From positions 1 through 51,478 of the forward strand of contig QNCE01000001.1 in the NCBI GenBank assembly GCA_003644405.1: a stretch of 51,478 bases of DNA, in the 5' to 3' direction. The first letter of the stretch is position 1. Every line of letters starts with the position of its first letter. Below the pieces are notes generated by a model. The model did not search any database. It saw nothing but the letters and a program-made list of their open reading frames with translations, and was not told where the DNA came from. The DNA comes from Candidatus Omnitrophota bacterium. Lineage in GTDB: Bacteria; Omnitrophota; Gorgyraeia; Duberdicusellales; 4484-171. Below are positions 43,645 to 51,478 of this stretch, in pieces. A program made the position numbers and the translations under genes.

Positions 43645-46535
43645 CGAAATTCCTTAAAAGTACTAAGCCATGCTTCTCTTGCTTCATCCACACTAATATT
43701 AATAATCTCCTTACCGTTGATATTATAAAAAATTATTCTTTCTTCAGAAGAAGTGCATCCTATAAGCCCTAAGGGAACTCCCTGCATTACTTTTTGGAAA
43801 CTTTCTCTTTTATCTCTTCTGACTTCTACGATAAACCTTGTAGGTGACTCAGAAAATAGAATTTCATAACTCAGCATCCCTATGCTATGAGGAACTTCCT
43901 TTAAAAAAATACTTGCACCTTTATTGCCTCCTATACACATCTCCGAAATTGCTACTCCTAACCCTCCTTCAGAACAATCATGACAGGACTCTACTAAATC
44001 TTTCTCAATTGCTTGGCTTACTCTTAAAAAAATCTCTTTTGCATAATCTCTTACTTTGGGTATGCATCCTCCCTCTATTTTTAAATTTCTAAAGTACTCA
44101 GAAGCTCCTAACTCAGGGTAAGTGGCGCCCACAATATAGATTAAATTACCAGAGTTTTTAAAATAATTCTTTAATATTCTGCGCCAATCACTGATAATAG
44201 AAACTGCCGAGATAAGAAGGGTACCTGGAATAGAAATCCTTTTGTTTCCCACTAAATACTCATTAAAAAGGCTATCTTTACCAGAGATAAACGGCGTTGA
44301 AAACTTTACAGCAAAATCATAGCAAGCAAAACTTGCTCTTACTAAACCTGCCAAAATTCGCTCATCGTTGGGAGAACCCCAGCTGAAGTTATCTAAAAGG
44401 GAAATCTTTTTTAACTTTCCTCCTACACAAATTACATTCCTTATTGCCTCATCGATGGAAAGAGCTGCCATCCAGTAAGGGTCAATATCAGAATAGAAAG
44501 GATTTATTCCTAACCCCACTGCAACACATTCTTCACTCTCCAAATCTGGTCGTATTACACTGGCATCACTTACCGCAAACTTTTCCTGATTGAGAATAGG
44601 TTTAACTACGCTGGCTCCTTGAACTTCGTGATCATATTCAGTAACAATCCAATCCTTAGGAGATACATTGAGAGAAGCTAACAGTTGCTTCAAATCTTGG
44701 GCATAATCCAACTTCTCTTTTAACTTAACATCTTTTTCTTCTCTCTTAATCCATACTGCTTTCTTCTTAAAGCGAGGAATACGAAAAAGAAAATCCATAT
44801 CCAGCTGACATACCTTTTTATCTTGATAAAAAAGAGTCAATTTTCTATCAGAAGTCACTTCTCCAATTACCGTTAACTCTACTTCCTCACGATCAAACAC
44901 TTCCTTTAATTCCTTTAACTTTTCCTTTTGTGTAAATATAACCATCCTCTCCTGAGATTCAGAAATCCAAATCTCGGTATAAGTCAAACCTCTATATTTT
45001 AGAGGAACTCTATCTAAATAGACTTTTGCTCCCCACTCTTTAGACAACTCACTAACTGCACTACTTAATCCTCCTGCTCCACAATCAGTTATAGCAGAAA
45101 ATAAATCTTTATCCCTTGCTCTAAGGAGAGCCTCCATAAGTTTCTTTTCCTCAATAGGGTTGCCAATCTGCACTGCACTCCTTAAACTTACCGTATCCTC
45201 CGCCAGCTCTGTAGAGGAAAAAGTAGCCCCATGAATTCCATCGCGTCCTGTCTTTGCTCCACAGAGGATAATTAAATCTCCTGGCTTTACCTCTTTAAAT
45301 GACTTCTCTTTAGGTATCAGCCCCAGAGTGCCACAGTAAACTAAAGGATTACCTAAAAACCGCTCATCAAAGATTACCGCTCCTCCAATAGTAGGAATGC
45401 CCATTTTATTCCCATAATCTCTTACTCCCTTTACCACTCCTTTTATAATCCTTTTAGGATGCAATACTCCTTTAGGTAAGTCTTGATAAGAAATCTGCCA
45501 AGGAGCAAAGCAAAAAACATCTATAGAAGCTACTGGCTTGGCGCACCGCCCTGTACCTAAAATATCTCTTATCACTCCTCCGATACCTGTAGAAGAGCCG
45601 CCATAGGGTTCTAAACTGGAAGGATGGTTGTGAGTTTCTATCTTAAAACAAAGATTAAAGGTTTGATTAAAGTTTACTATACCAGCATTATCTTCAAATA
45701 CAGACACACATTCACAAGAATTTATCTGGTAGGTAGCTTTCATTACTGTACTCTTCAGAAGATTATCAATTCTCTGCTTCTTTAAGAGATTATAATTTCT
45801 ATCTCTTTCCTCATACTCAATTATTCCCCTAAAAGTCTTATGGGCACAATGTTCTGACCAAGTCTGAGCAATAGTCTCTAGTTCACAATCGGTGGGGTTT
45901 CTTTCTAAATTTTTAAAGTAATCTTTAATTACCTTCATCTCATCTAAATTTAGAGAAAGAAAGTTCTCTTTAGAAACTTTCTCTAGTTCTTCGTCATTCA
46001 TATCTAAGATATTTATAACTTTGAGATTAAATTCATACTCTTTTCCTAAAAAGCTATCTAGAGTATCTAAATTCTTAAACTGCTCGTATTCTACCAAGTG
46101 CTCAATCAAAGGATTATAAAGTAAACGTGGGGCTAAAGATAGAATATCTTCTCTTTTTAAATCAGGAAACTTATAAAAACGAGCAGTTCTGGTATTTTTC
46201 GTCTTTATATTTAAATCCTGGAGAGCTTTGTTTAGAGAAATAGCTACCTCATCACATACTCCAGGATGGTAGGTAATAATAATTTCATTATCTTGAGGTT
46301 TATCTTTAAATAAACAATTAGCTATAGTATAGGTTTCTGTAATCCTATCAATAAGAAGTAAAGAGGCAATTTTTTCTACTGTAGAACGATCAAAATCGCC
46401 TTCTATCAGATAAATTTTTCTCAACTCTAGAGATGGTAATCTTTCTAAGTAAAGGTATTCTTTGATCTGATAAGCTAGATCTTTTAGATTTTTATCCTCT
46501 TTGGAAAAAACATCTATTCGCCAGACCATAGACAA
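43641..46535 (-). CDS. purL: FGAM synthase subunit PurL with a fused N-terminal PurS-like region
   Basis: 964 aa. The SEHCAHKTF motif sits near residue 228 rather than near the N-terminus, so there is an extension of about 185 aa (about 45981-46535) resembling the N-domain and linker of large PurL. No glutaminase domain. Confidence 0.85.
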   Translation of the reverse strand: MSMVWRIDVFSKEDKNLKDLAYQIKEYLYLERLPSLELRKIYLIEGDFDRSTVEKIASLLLIDRITETYTIANCLFKDKPQDNEIIITYHPGVCDEVAISLNKALQDLNIKTKNTRTARFYKFPDLKREDILSLAPRLLYNPLIEHLVEYEQFKNLDTLDSFLGKEYEFNLKVINILDMNDEELEKVSKENFLSLNLDEMKVIKDYFKNLERNPTDCELETIAQTWSEHCAHKTFRGIIEYEERDRNYNLLKKQRIDNLLKSTVMKATYQINSCECVSVFEDNAGIVNFNQTFNLCFKIETHNHPSSLEPYGGSSTGIGGVIRDILGTGRCAKPVASIDVFCFAPWQISYQDLPKGVLHPKRIIKGVVKGVRDYGNKMGIPTIGGAVIFDERFLGNPLVYCGTLGLIPKEKSFKEVKPGDLIILCGAKTGRDGIHGATFSSTELAEDTVSLRSAVQIGNPIEEKKLMEALLRARDKDLFSAITDCGAGGLSSAVSELSKEWGAKVYLDRVPLKYRGLTYTEIWISESQERMVIFTQKEKLKELKEVFDREEVELTVIGEVTSDRKLTLFYQDKKVCQLDMDFLFRIPRFKKKAVWIKREEKDVKLKEKLDYAQDLKQLLASLNVSPKDWIVTEYDHEVQGASVVKPILNQEKFAVSDASVIRPDLESEECVAVGLGINPFYSDIDPYWMAALSIDEAIRNVICVGGKLKKISLLDNFSWGSPNDERILAGLVRASFACYDFAVKFSTPFISGKDSLFNEYLVGNKRISIPGTLLISAVSIISDWRRILKNYFKNSGNLIYIVGATYPELGASEYFRNLKIEGGCIPKVRDYAKEIFLRVSQAIEKDLVESCHDCSEGGLGVAISEMCIGGNKGASIFLKEVPHSIGMLSYEILFSESPTRFIVEVRRDKRESFQKVMQGVPLGLIGCTSSEERIIFYNINGKEIINISVDEAREAWLSTFKEFR

Positions 46536-46557
46536 GATTTTTTAACCTTTGAGGGAA

Positions 46558-47850
46558 TTAAGCAAAAATTCGCTTGTAGATTTTATCTATCCTCTTAAGA
46601 TGTTCGTAAGGGTTAATTATCTCTTCTAACTCCTTGGTAGTCAAATACTTCCTAATACGCCTATCTTTAAAAATTTGCGTCTTGAAATCTAAACCTTGAT
46701 TAACTACCTTTAGAGAGATGTCCTGAACCAAATCATAAGCTTTGACACGAGGAAGGCCTTTCTCCATCAACTTAAGGAGAAGTTTCTGAGAGTAAATTAG
46801 TCCTCGGTTCAATTCAATATTTTTAAGCATATTCTGGGGATTCACTCTAAGGTTTTTCACTATCTCAATCATCTTCTGAATCATATAATCCAAAACTATA
46901 GTAGCATCAGGAATAATTATTCGCTCCCCCGAAGAGAGAGAAATATCTCTTTCGTGCCATAAGTTTATATTCTCAAAGGCAGTAATCATATATCCTCTAA
47001 GAAGGCGAGCTAACCCACATATCCTTTCGCTTACGATGGGATTCTGCTTGTGAGGCATACTAGAGGAACCTTTTTGCCCCTTATAAAAAGGTTCTTTAGC
47101 TTCCTCAACCTCAGTACGGTGGAGATGCCTTACCTCGGTAGCAAACCTCTCTAGTGTTGCTCCTATTAAAGCTAAAAGAGAAAGATAGTAAGCAAATCTT
47201 TCCCGAGAAACAATTTGAGTAGAGATAGGACTATAATTTATACCTATCTTTTTGCAAATATATTCCTCTATCCTCGGCTGTAAATAGGCAAAAGTTCCCA
47301 CTGCTCCGGAAATCTTTCCTGTACAGACAAACCTTAAACTTTTCTGAAGTAGCTGATACTCTTCTTTTAGGTCGTTGTAAAGATAAGCAAACTTCAATCC
47401 AAAGCTATAAATTTCTGCATGTACCCCATGGGTCCTTGCTACACATAAAGTATTTTTAAATTTAAATGCTTTCTTTTTAACTTCTCCCATAAGGAGAGTT
47501 AAATCACTTAAGATAATTTTAGTAGCATCTTTTATCTGCCAAGCTAAAGTAGTATCTAACAAGTCGCTAGAAGTAAGACCAAAGTGTAAGTATTGGGAAT
47601 ATCGGCCTAAAGAAGAAGATATTTGGTTTATGAAAGCTACAATATCATGGTGGGTTTGCTCCTCTATCTCTTTTATTTTCTTAAGAGAAAGCTTTGTCTT
47701 TTTACGAATTACCTTACTTACTCCTTTAGGAATTTGATTAAATTTTTCCTGAGCCTCGCAGAGAAGAATTTCTATCTCTAAAAAACGCCTGAATTTTTCT
47801 TCATCTTTCCAGATAGCTCCTATTTTTTTGGGAGTATACCTTTCTATCAT
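46558..47850 (-). CDS. purB: Adenylosuccinate lyase
   Basis: 430 aa with the fumarate-lyase signature GSSSMPHKQNP. Confidence 0.95.
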   Translation of the reverse strand: MIERYTPKKIGAIWKDEEKFRRFLEIEILLCEAQEKFNQIPKGVSKVIRKKTKLSLKKIKEIEEQTHHDIVAFINQISSSLGRYSQYLHFGLTSSDLLDTTLAWQIKDATKIILSDLTLLMGEVKKKAFKFKNTLCVARTHGVHAEIYSFGLKFAYLYNDLKEEYQLLQKSLRFVCTGKISGAVGTFAYLQPRIEEYICKKIGINYSPISTQIVSRERFAYYLSLLALIGATLERFATEVRHLHRTEVEEAKEPFYKGQKGSSSMPHKQNPIVSERICGLARLLRGYMITAFENINLWHERDISLSSGERIIIPDATIVLDYMIQKMIEIVKNLRVNPQNMLKNIELNRGLIYSQKLLLKLMEKGLPRVKAYDLVQDISLKVVNQGLDFKTQIFKDRRIRKYLTTKELEEIINPYEHLKRIDKIYKRIFA

Positions 47851-47856
47851 CGGGTT

Positions 47857-47885
47857 ATATTATCAAAATAATCTATCTACGTCAA
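47857..47885 (-). promoter_or_regulatory. Sigma-70 promoter with extended -10, positioned for a leaderless purB transcript
   Basis: Minus strand: TTGACG (plus 47880-47885), 17-nt spacer ending in TGA, TAATAT (47857-47862), then only 6 nt (aacccg) before the purB ATG (47850). No SD. Confidence 0.5.
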
Positions 47886-47898
47886 ACTATTTTCCTTC

Positions 47899-48477
47899 CT
47901 AACTTAGAAAAGAAACTAATCCCTTCCTTATGAGCATCACCGCTACTGCTACAAGAAGAAGAGAGGTTATTTTGGAAATAGCTCTTGTACCTCTCTTTCC
48001 TAAGATATTGAGAAAGAATTCAGAGAAATAAAAAATTATTCCTGCTAAGGCTAAATTTAGAACAAGTGATAAAATAACTACTCCTAACCCAAAACGGGGC
48101 AAAAGCACCAAGGAAAGAGTAAGAACACAAGGACCTGCCAAAAGAGGTGTTCCCAGAGGAACCACTCCTAAATCATCTCCCCATACTTCCGTGCTATCCT
48201 TATACACTAAAATATCTCTTATGGCTAAAATAAAGAGTACCGCTCCCCCACCTATATAAAAATCCTCCACCTTTATCCCTAAGAATTTAAAAATATGTCT
48301 ACCTGCGAATACAAAAAACACTGTTATCCCCAAAGCAGTAAGAACTGAGTGTTGAATAACTCGGTGTTTTTCTTCCCTATTCAAGTTCTTAGTAAAATTT
48401 ATAAATATGGGAAGCACTCCTAAAGGGTCTAAGGCGAAAAAAAGAGCTACAGAAGAAAAAAATATATTCTTAACCAT
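47899..48477 (-). CDS. marC: MarC family (UPF0056) integral membrane protein
   Basis: 192 aa, about 6 TM helices. ALDPLGVLPIF N-terminal motif typical of MarC. Confidence 0.75.
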   Translation of the reverse strand: MVKNIFFSSVALFFALDPLGVLPIFINFTKNLNREEKHRVIQHSVLTALGITVFFVFAGRHIFKFLGIKVEDFYIGGGAVLFILAIRDILVYKDSTEVWGDDLGVVPLGTPLLAGPCVLTLSLVLLPRFGLGVVILSLVLNLALAGIIFYFSEFFLNILGKRGTRAISKITSLLLVAVAVMLIRKGLVSFLS

Positions 48478-49204
48478 TTTCCTCCAATTTCTTTATCTCT
48501 TCTTTTATACGTTCAATCCTCGCCTGAGGGGGAGGGTGACTACTTAAGAAAACAAAAGGACGAACTTCACCTTCTCTTTTTAACTTCTCTAACAGAATAA
48601 CTGCTCCTTGAGGACTAAATCCTGCTTTGTAGGCATACTTTACTCCTAAATAATCAGCCAAAAATTCATCCTGACGAGAATATCCCAAGGATATTACATT
48701 ATAAATTACCTCTAATCCCTTCCTAATGTTTATATACTCAGGATTTTTTAGAGCTAAACTTAAAATTAGTTGCATTCCTAAAGAAGCTTGCAATCTTTTT
48801 AAAGCATGACGGGCACAGATATGACCTACTTCATGACCTAAACAAAAGGCAAGCTCATCCCTTCCTACTCTATCTATAAGACCTCGGTTTACAAACACAT
48901 ATCCTCCGGGAAGAGCAAAAGCATTAATTTCTTCTTCGTCAAGGATATAGAAATGATAGTTTAGAGAGCTTCTATCGCAAACCTTAGCTATCCTCTCTCC
49001 TATCTCTTGGAGGTAGCGATTAAGATTTTTGTCCTTTACCAACTTCTTGCTGTTTAATATTTGGGAAGCTAAATTTTTCCCCAATAAAATTTCTGTATTT
49101 TCATCTATAAAGTAGAATTCTCTCCTCTGAGTAGCAGGATTATAGATAGTTACACAACCGTAAAGAAAAACTACCAAAGTAAATAAAACAATCTGCCTCA
49201 TCAA
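48470..49204 (-). CDS. M48-family zinc metalloprotease lipoprotein
   Basis: 244 aa. Lipobox FLYGC near the N-terminus and the HEVGH zinc motif. Confidence 0.8.
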   Translation of the reverse strand: MMRQIVLFTLVVFLYGCVTIYNPATQRREFYFIDENTEILLGKNLASQILNSKKLVKDKNLNRYLQEIGERIAKVCDRSSLNYHFYILDEEEINAFALPGGYVFVNRGLIDRVGRDELAFCLGHEVGHICARHALKRLQASLGMQLILSLALKNPEYINIRKGLEVIYNVISLGYSRQDEFLADYLGVKYAYKAGFSPQGAVILLEKLKREGEVRPFVFLSSHPPPQARIERIKEEIKKLEENG

Positions 49205-49956
49205 TGAATTACTGTTATCTGGTAAGGAATACTTATAATGATTTCTGGACCATTATACTCTCTTATTCTACCAGTAACTTCTACTATCTTTCCCTTATAA
49301 AAAGTTAAGGGATCTATTCCTTTCTCTCTAAAATACTTCCAACTATCTCTAAATATCACTACAGTAAAATCCTTACGCCAATCTTCGCCAAAGTTTAAAA
49401 AGATACATCTTTGCGATTGATAAGTATTTCTAACCTTCCCCTTCACTGTACGTATTTCTCCTATAAATTTATGAGCGTCTTCTGCGCTCACTACTTCATA
49501 GGAGCCCCAAAGTCCCTTTTTATTTTGACGTGCTTTTTTCTGAAGACTGATAAATAAATCTACATACTTAACATTAGGTGGACGAGTATAGATAACTCCA
49601 TAACCTTCTTCTAATAATTTAGCGTTGACGAATACTCCATCTAAGAAGACATAACCTAGGAGCCTACCATATTTATCCTGTCTTTCTATGTCAAACTCTA
49701 TTCGCACACTTTTTCCTTCCACTAGACTCCGGTTAAACTCCTTTGCTTCCAAGGCAAAAGGTTGAGGGTCAAAAACCCATCTTTTGTCTTCCTTTCGTCT
49801 AACTTCCGGAGTATCTATACCAATGTAACGCAAAACTTTTCCATTCTCTAACCTTACTGTATCTCCATCAATTACTTCTACAACTTTTATTTGGGAAAAA
49901 TTTAAAGGAGAGGAGCAGGCGCAAAAGAGAAGAAGTAAAAGAAAACGAAGAATCAC
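49201..49956 (-). CDS. Secreted thermonuclease (SNase) lipoprotein with a C-terminal OB-fold domain
   Basis: 251 aa. Signal/lipobox LLLLLFCAC and SNase motifs VIDGDTVRL, RYIGIDTPE, DKYGRLLGYV. The C-terminal part (about 100 aa) looks like a tRNA_anti-like OB fold (IRTVKGKV..IFLNFG..KIVEVTGRIREYNGPEI). Confidence 0.8.
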   Translation of the reverse strand: MILRFLLLLLFCACSSPLNFSQIKVVEVIDGDTVRLENGKVLRYIGIDTPEVRRKEDKRWVFDPQPFALEAKEFNRSLVEGKSVRIEFDIERQDKYGRLLGYVFLDGVFVNAKLLEEGYGVIYTRPPNVKYVDLFISLQKKARQNKKGLWGSYEVVSAEDAHKFIGEIRTVKGKVRNTYQSQRCIFLNFGEDWRKDFTVVIFRDSWKYFREKGIDPLTFYKGKIVEVTGRIREYNGPEIIISIPYQITVIH

Positions 49957-50345
49957 TCTAGTTCTTTGATTATTTTAAAAAATATTTTCTGAGCATACTG
50001 CGGCTTAGGGAGAAAATATTTACGTGCAGCTACCCTTAGACGCTGTTCATTCTTCTCTATGGAATCAATCTTAATAGTTAAATCTATCTCTGCGATCTTT
50101 GCCTTAATTATTCCTTTAGACTCGTTACTCTCTAAAATTTCTGCATCTTCTATCTTATCCAAAACTTCTCGGGATATATCCCAGAGTTCCCTATAGGTAA
50201 CCTTCACATTACCCGTAGCGGAATCGTTACTTAAAGTATAACCTGTAAGTACCCCTACGCCTATCAATAGAGGTGCGCATCCTCCTCCTATAAAGCTTAA
50301 TATAACTGCTATTATTAAAATGGTCTTATTTAAGTTTAGATGCAT
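49953..50345 (-). CDS. Small lipoprotein of unknown function (DUF3568-like)
   Basis: 130 aa. Signal peptide with lipobox FIGGGC. The family assignment is from memory only. Confidence 0.45.
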   Translation of the reverse strand: MHLNLNKTILIIAVILSFIGGGCAPLLIGVGVLTGYTLSNDSATGNVKVTYRELWDISREVLDKIEDAEILESNESKGIIKAKIAEIDLTIKIDSIEKNEQRLRVAARKYFLPKPQYAQKIFFKIIKELE

Positions 50346-51432
50346 GCTTTTTAAGAGAAAAATTCCTTATAAAAAAATTACCCAAACCCTCTCTTACCTT
50401 CCTAACTTCTATACTTAACTCTTCCCCTACCTTTAAGTTATAAGGCTTAATACCTAAAATTAGTATATCAGTTAAACTATCTTTTTTCAAGCATTTCATC
50501 AAAAAATCTAGAGGGAGGGCATGAGTAAAATCCAATGATAAACTGCCTAATTGATGAAGAGAAAATAATTCAAATCTGGAGGAAGAAGAAAAATGAGCGC
50601 TATCAACAATCAATATAAATTTATACTCCATCAACTTAGTTAAGTAATTTTCTAAACTTAAACCTACATCCAAAACTCTCAGTAACAACTTACCTTTCAA
50701 ATCACCAGCAAGAATACTTCCTATCCCATCATCTCCTCTTAGAGGATTTCCTAATCCTACAATTACTGCATTTTTAGTTACAGAAAGCTTATCCTTCAAT
50801 TTCAGAAGAACTTCCCCTTCATAGAAAGTAGGAACAAAAACTCCTTTTTCCTGGAGCTGGTCTATTAATTTACTAAAAGTAGTAAATCTAATAGCAGAGA
50901 AACCTAAGAGTTGGGCCTCATCAACTAAATCTTGACGGTCATCAATATAGATTATCCTATCTTTGCTAACACCAGTTAACTTCACCAATTCTTCGTAAAT
51001 TCTCTCCTCTGGCTTCACAGATTTAACCTGAAAAGAAAAAACAGAACCATCAAATAGGGAAAAGATTTCTCCAAAACTCTGATAAAGGTAGTTAAAATGT
51101 AACTCATTTATATTGGAAATTAAGTAAATAGGATAGATAAGCCTTAAAATTTTAATAAAAGAAATAACTTCCTGATTAGGAAAAAAGATTTTACACCATA
51201 TATCTTTAAACTCCTCGTAGTCTAGAGAACAGTTAAATTCTTTTTTAAACTTCTGATAAAAATCGTAACCAGAAACTAGACCTTTCTCAAAATCTTGAGC
51301 AAAATTTTCATAGAAAAGAGCATCAATTACTCTTTGGGGAGAAGAGCCTAACTTTGTCTTTATTTTTTCCAGAGCAAGGTGGTAATCAAAATTAAAAACA
51401 ACATTCCCTAAATCAAAGGCTAATACTCTCAT
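50326..51432 (-). CDS. YihX-like HAD phosphatase domain fused to a hydrogenase maturation endopeptidase (HycI/HybD-like) domain
   Basis: 368 aa. Residues 1 to about 195 are HAD (AFDLGNVVF as in YihX FDLGNVIV; IYIDDRQDLV). Residues about 221-355 are the protease (VIVGLGNPLRGDDGIG, LIVDSA, FTHALP, ILILGIKP). Confidence 0.75.
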   Translation of the reverse strand: MRVLAFDLGNVVFNFDYHLALEKIKTKLGSSPQRVIDALFYENFAQDFEKGLVSGYDFYQKFKKEFNCSLDYEEFKDIWCKIFFPNQEVISFIKILRLIYPIYLISNINELHFNYLYQSFGEIFSLFDGSVFSFQVKSVKPEERIYEELVKLTGVSKDRIIYIDDRQDLVDEAQLLGFSAIRFTTFSKLIDQLQEKGVFVPTFYEGEVLLKLKDKLSVTKNAVIVGLGNPLRGDDGIGSILAGDLKGKLLLRVLDVGLSLENYLTKLMEYKFILIVDSAHFSSSSRFELFSLHQLGSLSLDFTHALPLDFLMKCLKKDSLTDILILGIKPYNLKVGEELSIEVRKVREGLGNFFIRNFSLKKHASKLK

Positions 51433-51478
51433 ATTAACAAGGTATTAGGAAGAGAAAACTACTTCGGTACTGATTTTC

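Noticed and set aside
712-44092. About 20 plus-strand ORFs of 60-112 aa inside minus-strand genes (for example 712-915, 2876-3097, 6880-7116, 10126-10329, 12154-12492, 13064-13313, 16049-16258, 19514-19777, 24288-24581, 25216-25470, 30904-31182, 33865-34128, 34936-35160, 35980-36234, 42316-42570, 43844-44092)
   Set aside because: Each is antisense to a confidently identified conserved gene. They have low-complexity Ser/Leu/Phe/Lys-rich sequences with no recognisable motifs and no promoter or SD. These are shadow ORFs, expected opposite AT-rich coding sequence.
47899-51432. The nuclease + protease + membrane protein + HAD/protease fusion group, considered as a possible anti-phage defence system
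   Set aside because: The nuclease, the protease and the small protein all carry lipoprotein signal peptides, so they act outside the cytoplasm. There is no ATPase, sensor or other hallmark defence component. An envelope or scavenging role is more parsimonious.
1-51478. Search for CRISPR arrays, tandem repeats, rRNA/tRNA genes, prophage or integrase genes
   Set aside because: Apart from the terminal 192 bp at the left window edge, the non-coding gaps are at most 156 bp, and none contains spaced direct repeats or cloverleaf-compatible sequence. Apart from the partial left-edge ORF, no recombinase, phage structural or conjugation genes were recognised.

Overview
This is an AT-rich, very compact bacterial chromosomal segment. 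56 of the 59 complete protein genes lie on the minus strand, and about 33 same-strand junctions have overlapping stop and start codons, 14 of them the 4-nt ATGA/GTGA type. The content is overwhelmingly housekeeping. In transcription order (high to low coordinates) it holds: an envelope/lipoprotein group (HAD::hydrogenase-protease fusion, small lipoprotein, SNase-OB lipoprotein, M48 lipoprotein, MarC); purB-purL-purQ-purM-purD-purE; a YrdC::LMW-phosphatase fusion with rpiB and glyA; dCMP deaminase and nrdR; a group of RNA-end/ADP-ribose enzymes (DUF151 nuclease, MJ0936-type phosphoesterase, cca, macro::Nudix fusion, rtcA); recG-rsmD-coaD; the yceD-rpmF-plsX-fabH-fabD-fabG-acpP-fabF block; leuCD, leuB and asd; truA with a GT-C-like membrane protein and a PilZ protein; mreBCD-mrdA-rodA extended by a TIGR03960/TIGR03936 radical-SAM pair; the only plus-strand island, a polyamine cassette (speD-speE plus a second, divergent AdoMetDC-fold gene); then a Cys-rich mini-protein, nth, GH5, an Rpe-like gene, a YibQ-like gene, queH, a TIGR01212 radical-SAM gene, dtd, lgt and nadE. 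A gene start resembling an IS transposase N-terminus runs off the left edge. I found no rRNA, tRNA, CRISPR array, prophage or recognisable defence system. I do not see one compelling novel multi-gene system. The best candidates for a second look are the dual-AdoMetDC polyamine cassette, the rtcA/macro::Nudix/cca/phosphoesterase/nuclease run, the radical-SAM pair welded to the elongasome operon, the GT-C/PilZ pair upstream of mreB, three unusual domain fusions, a GC-rich two-tier hairpin inside the leu genes, and promoters placed so close to start codons that the transcripts would be leaderless. All family assignments rest on motif recognition by eye, with no database search.
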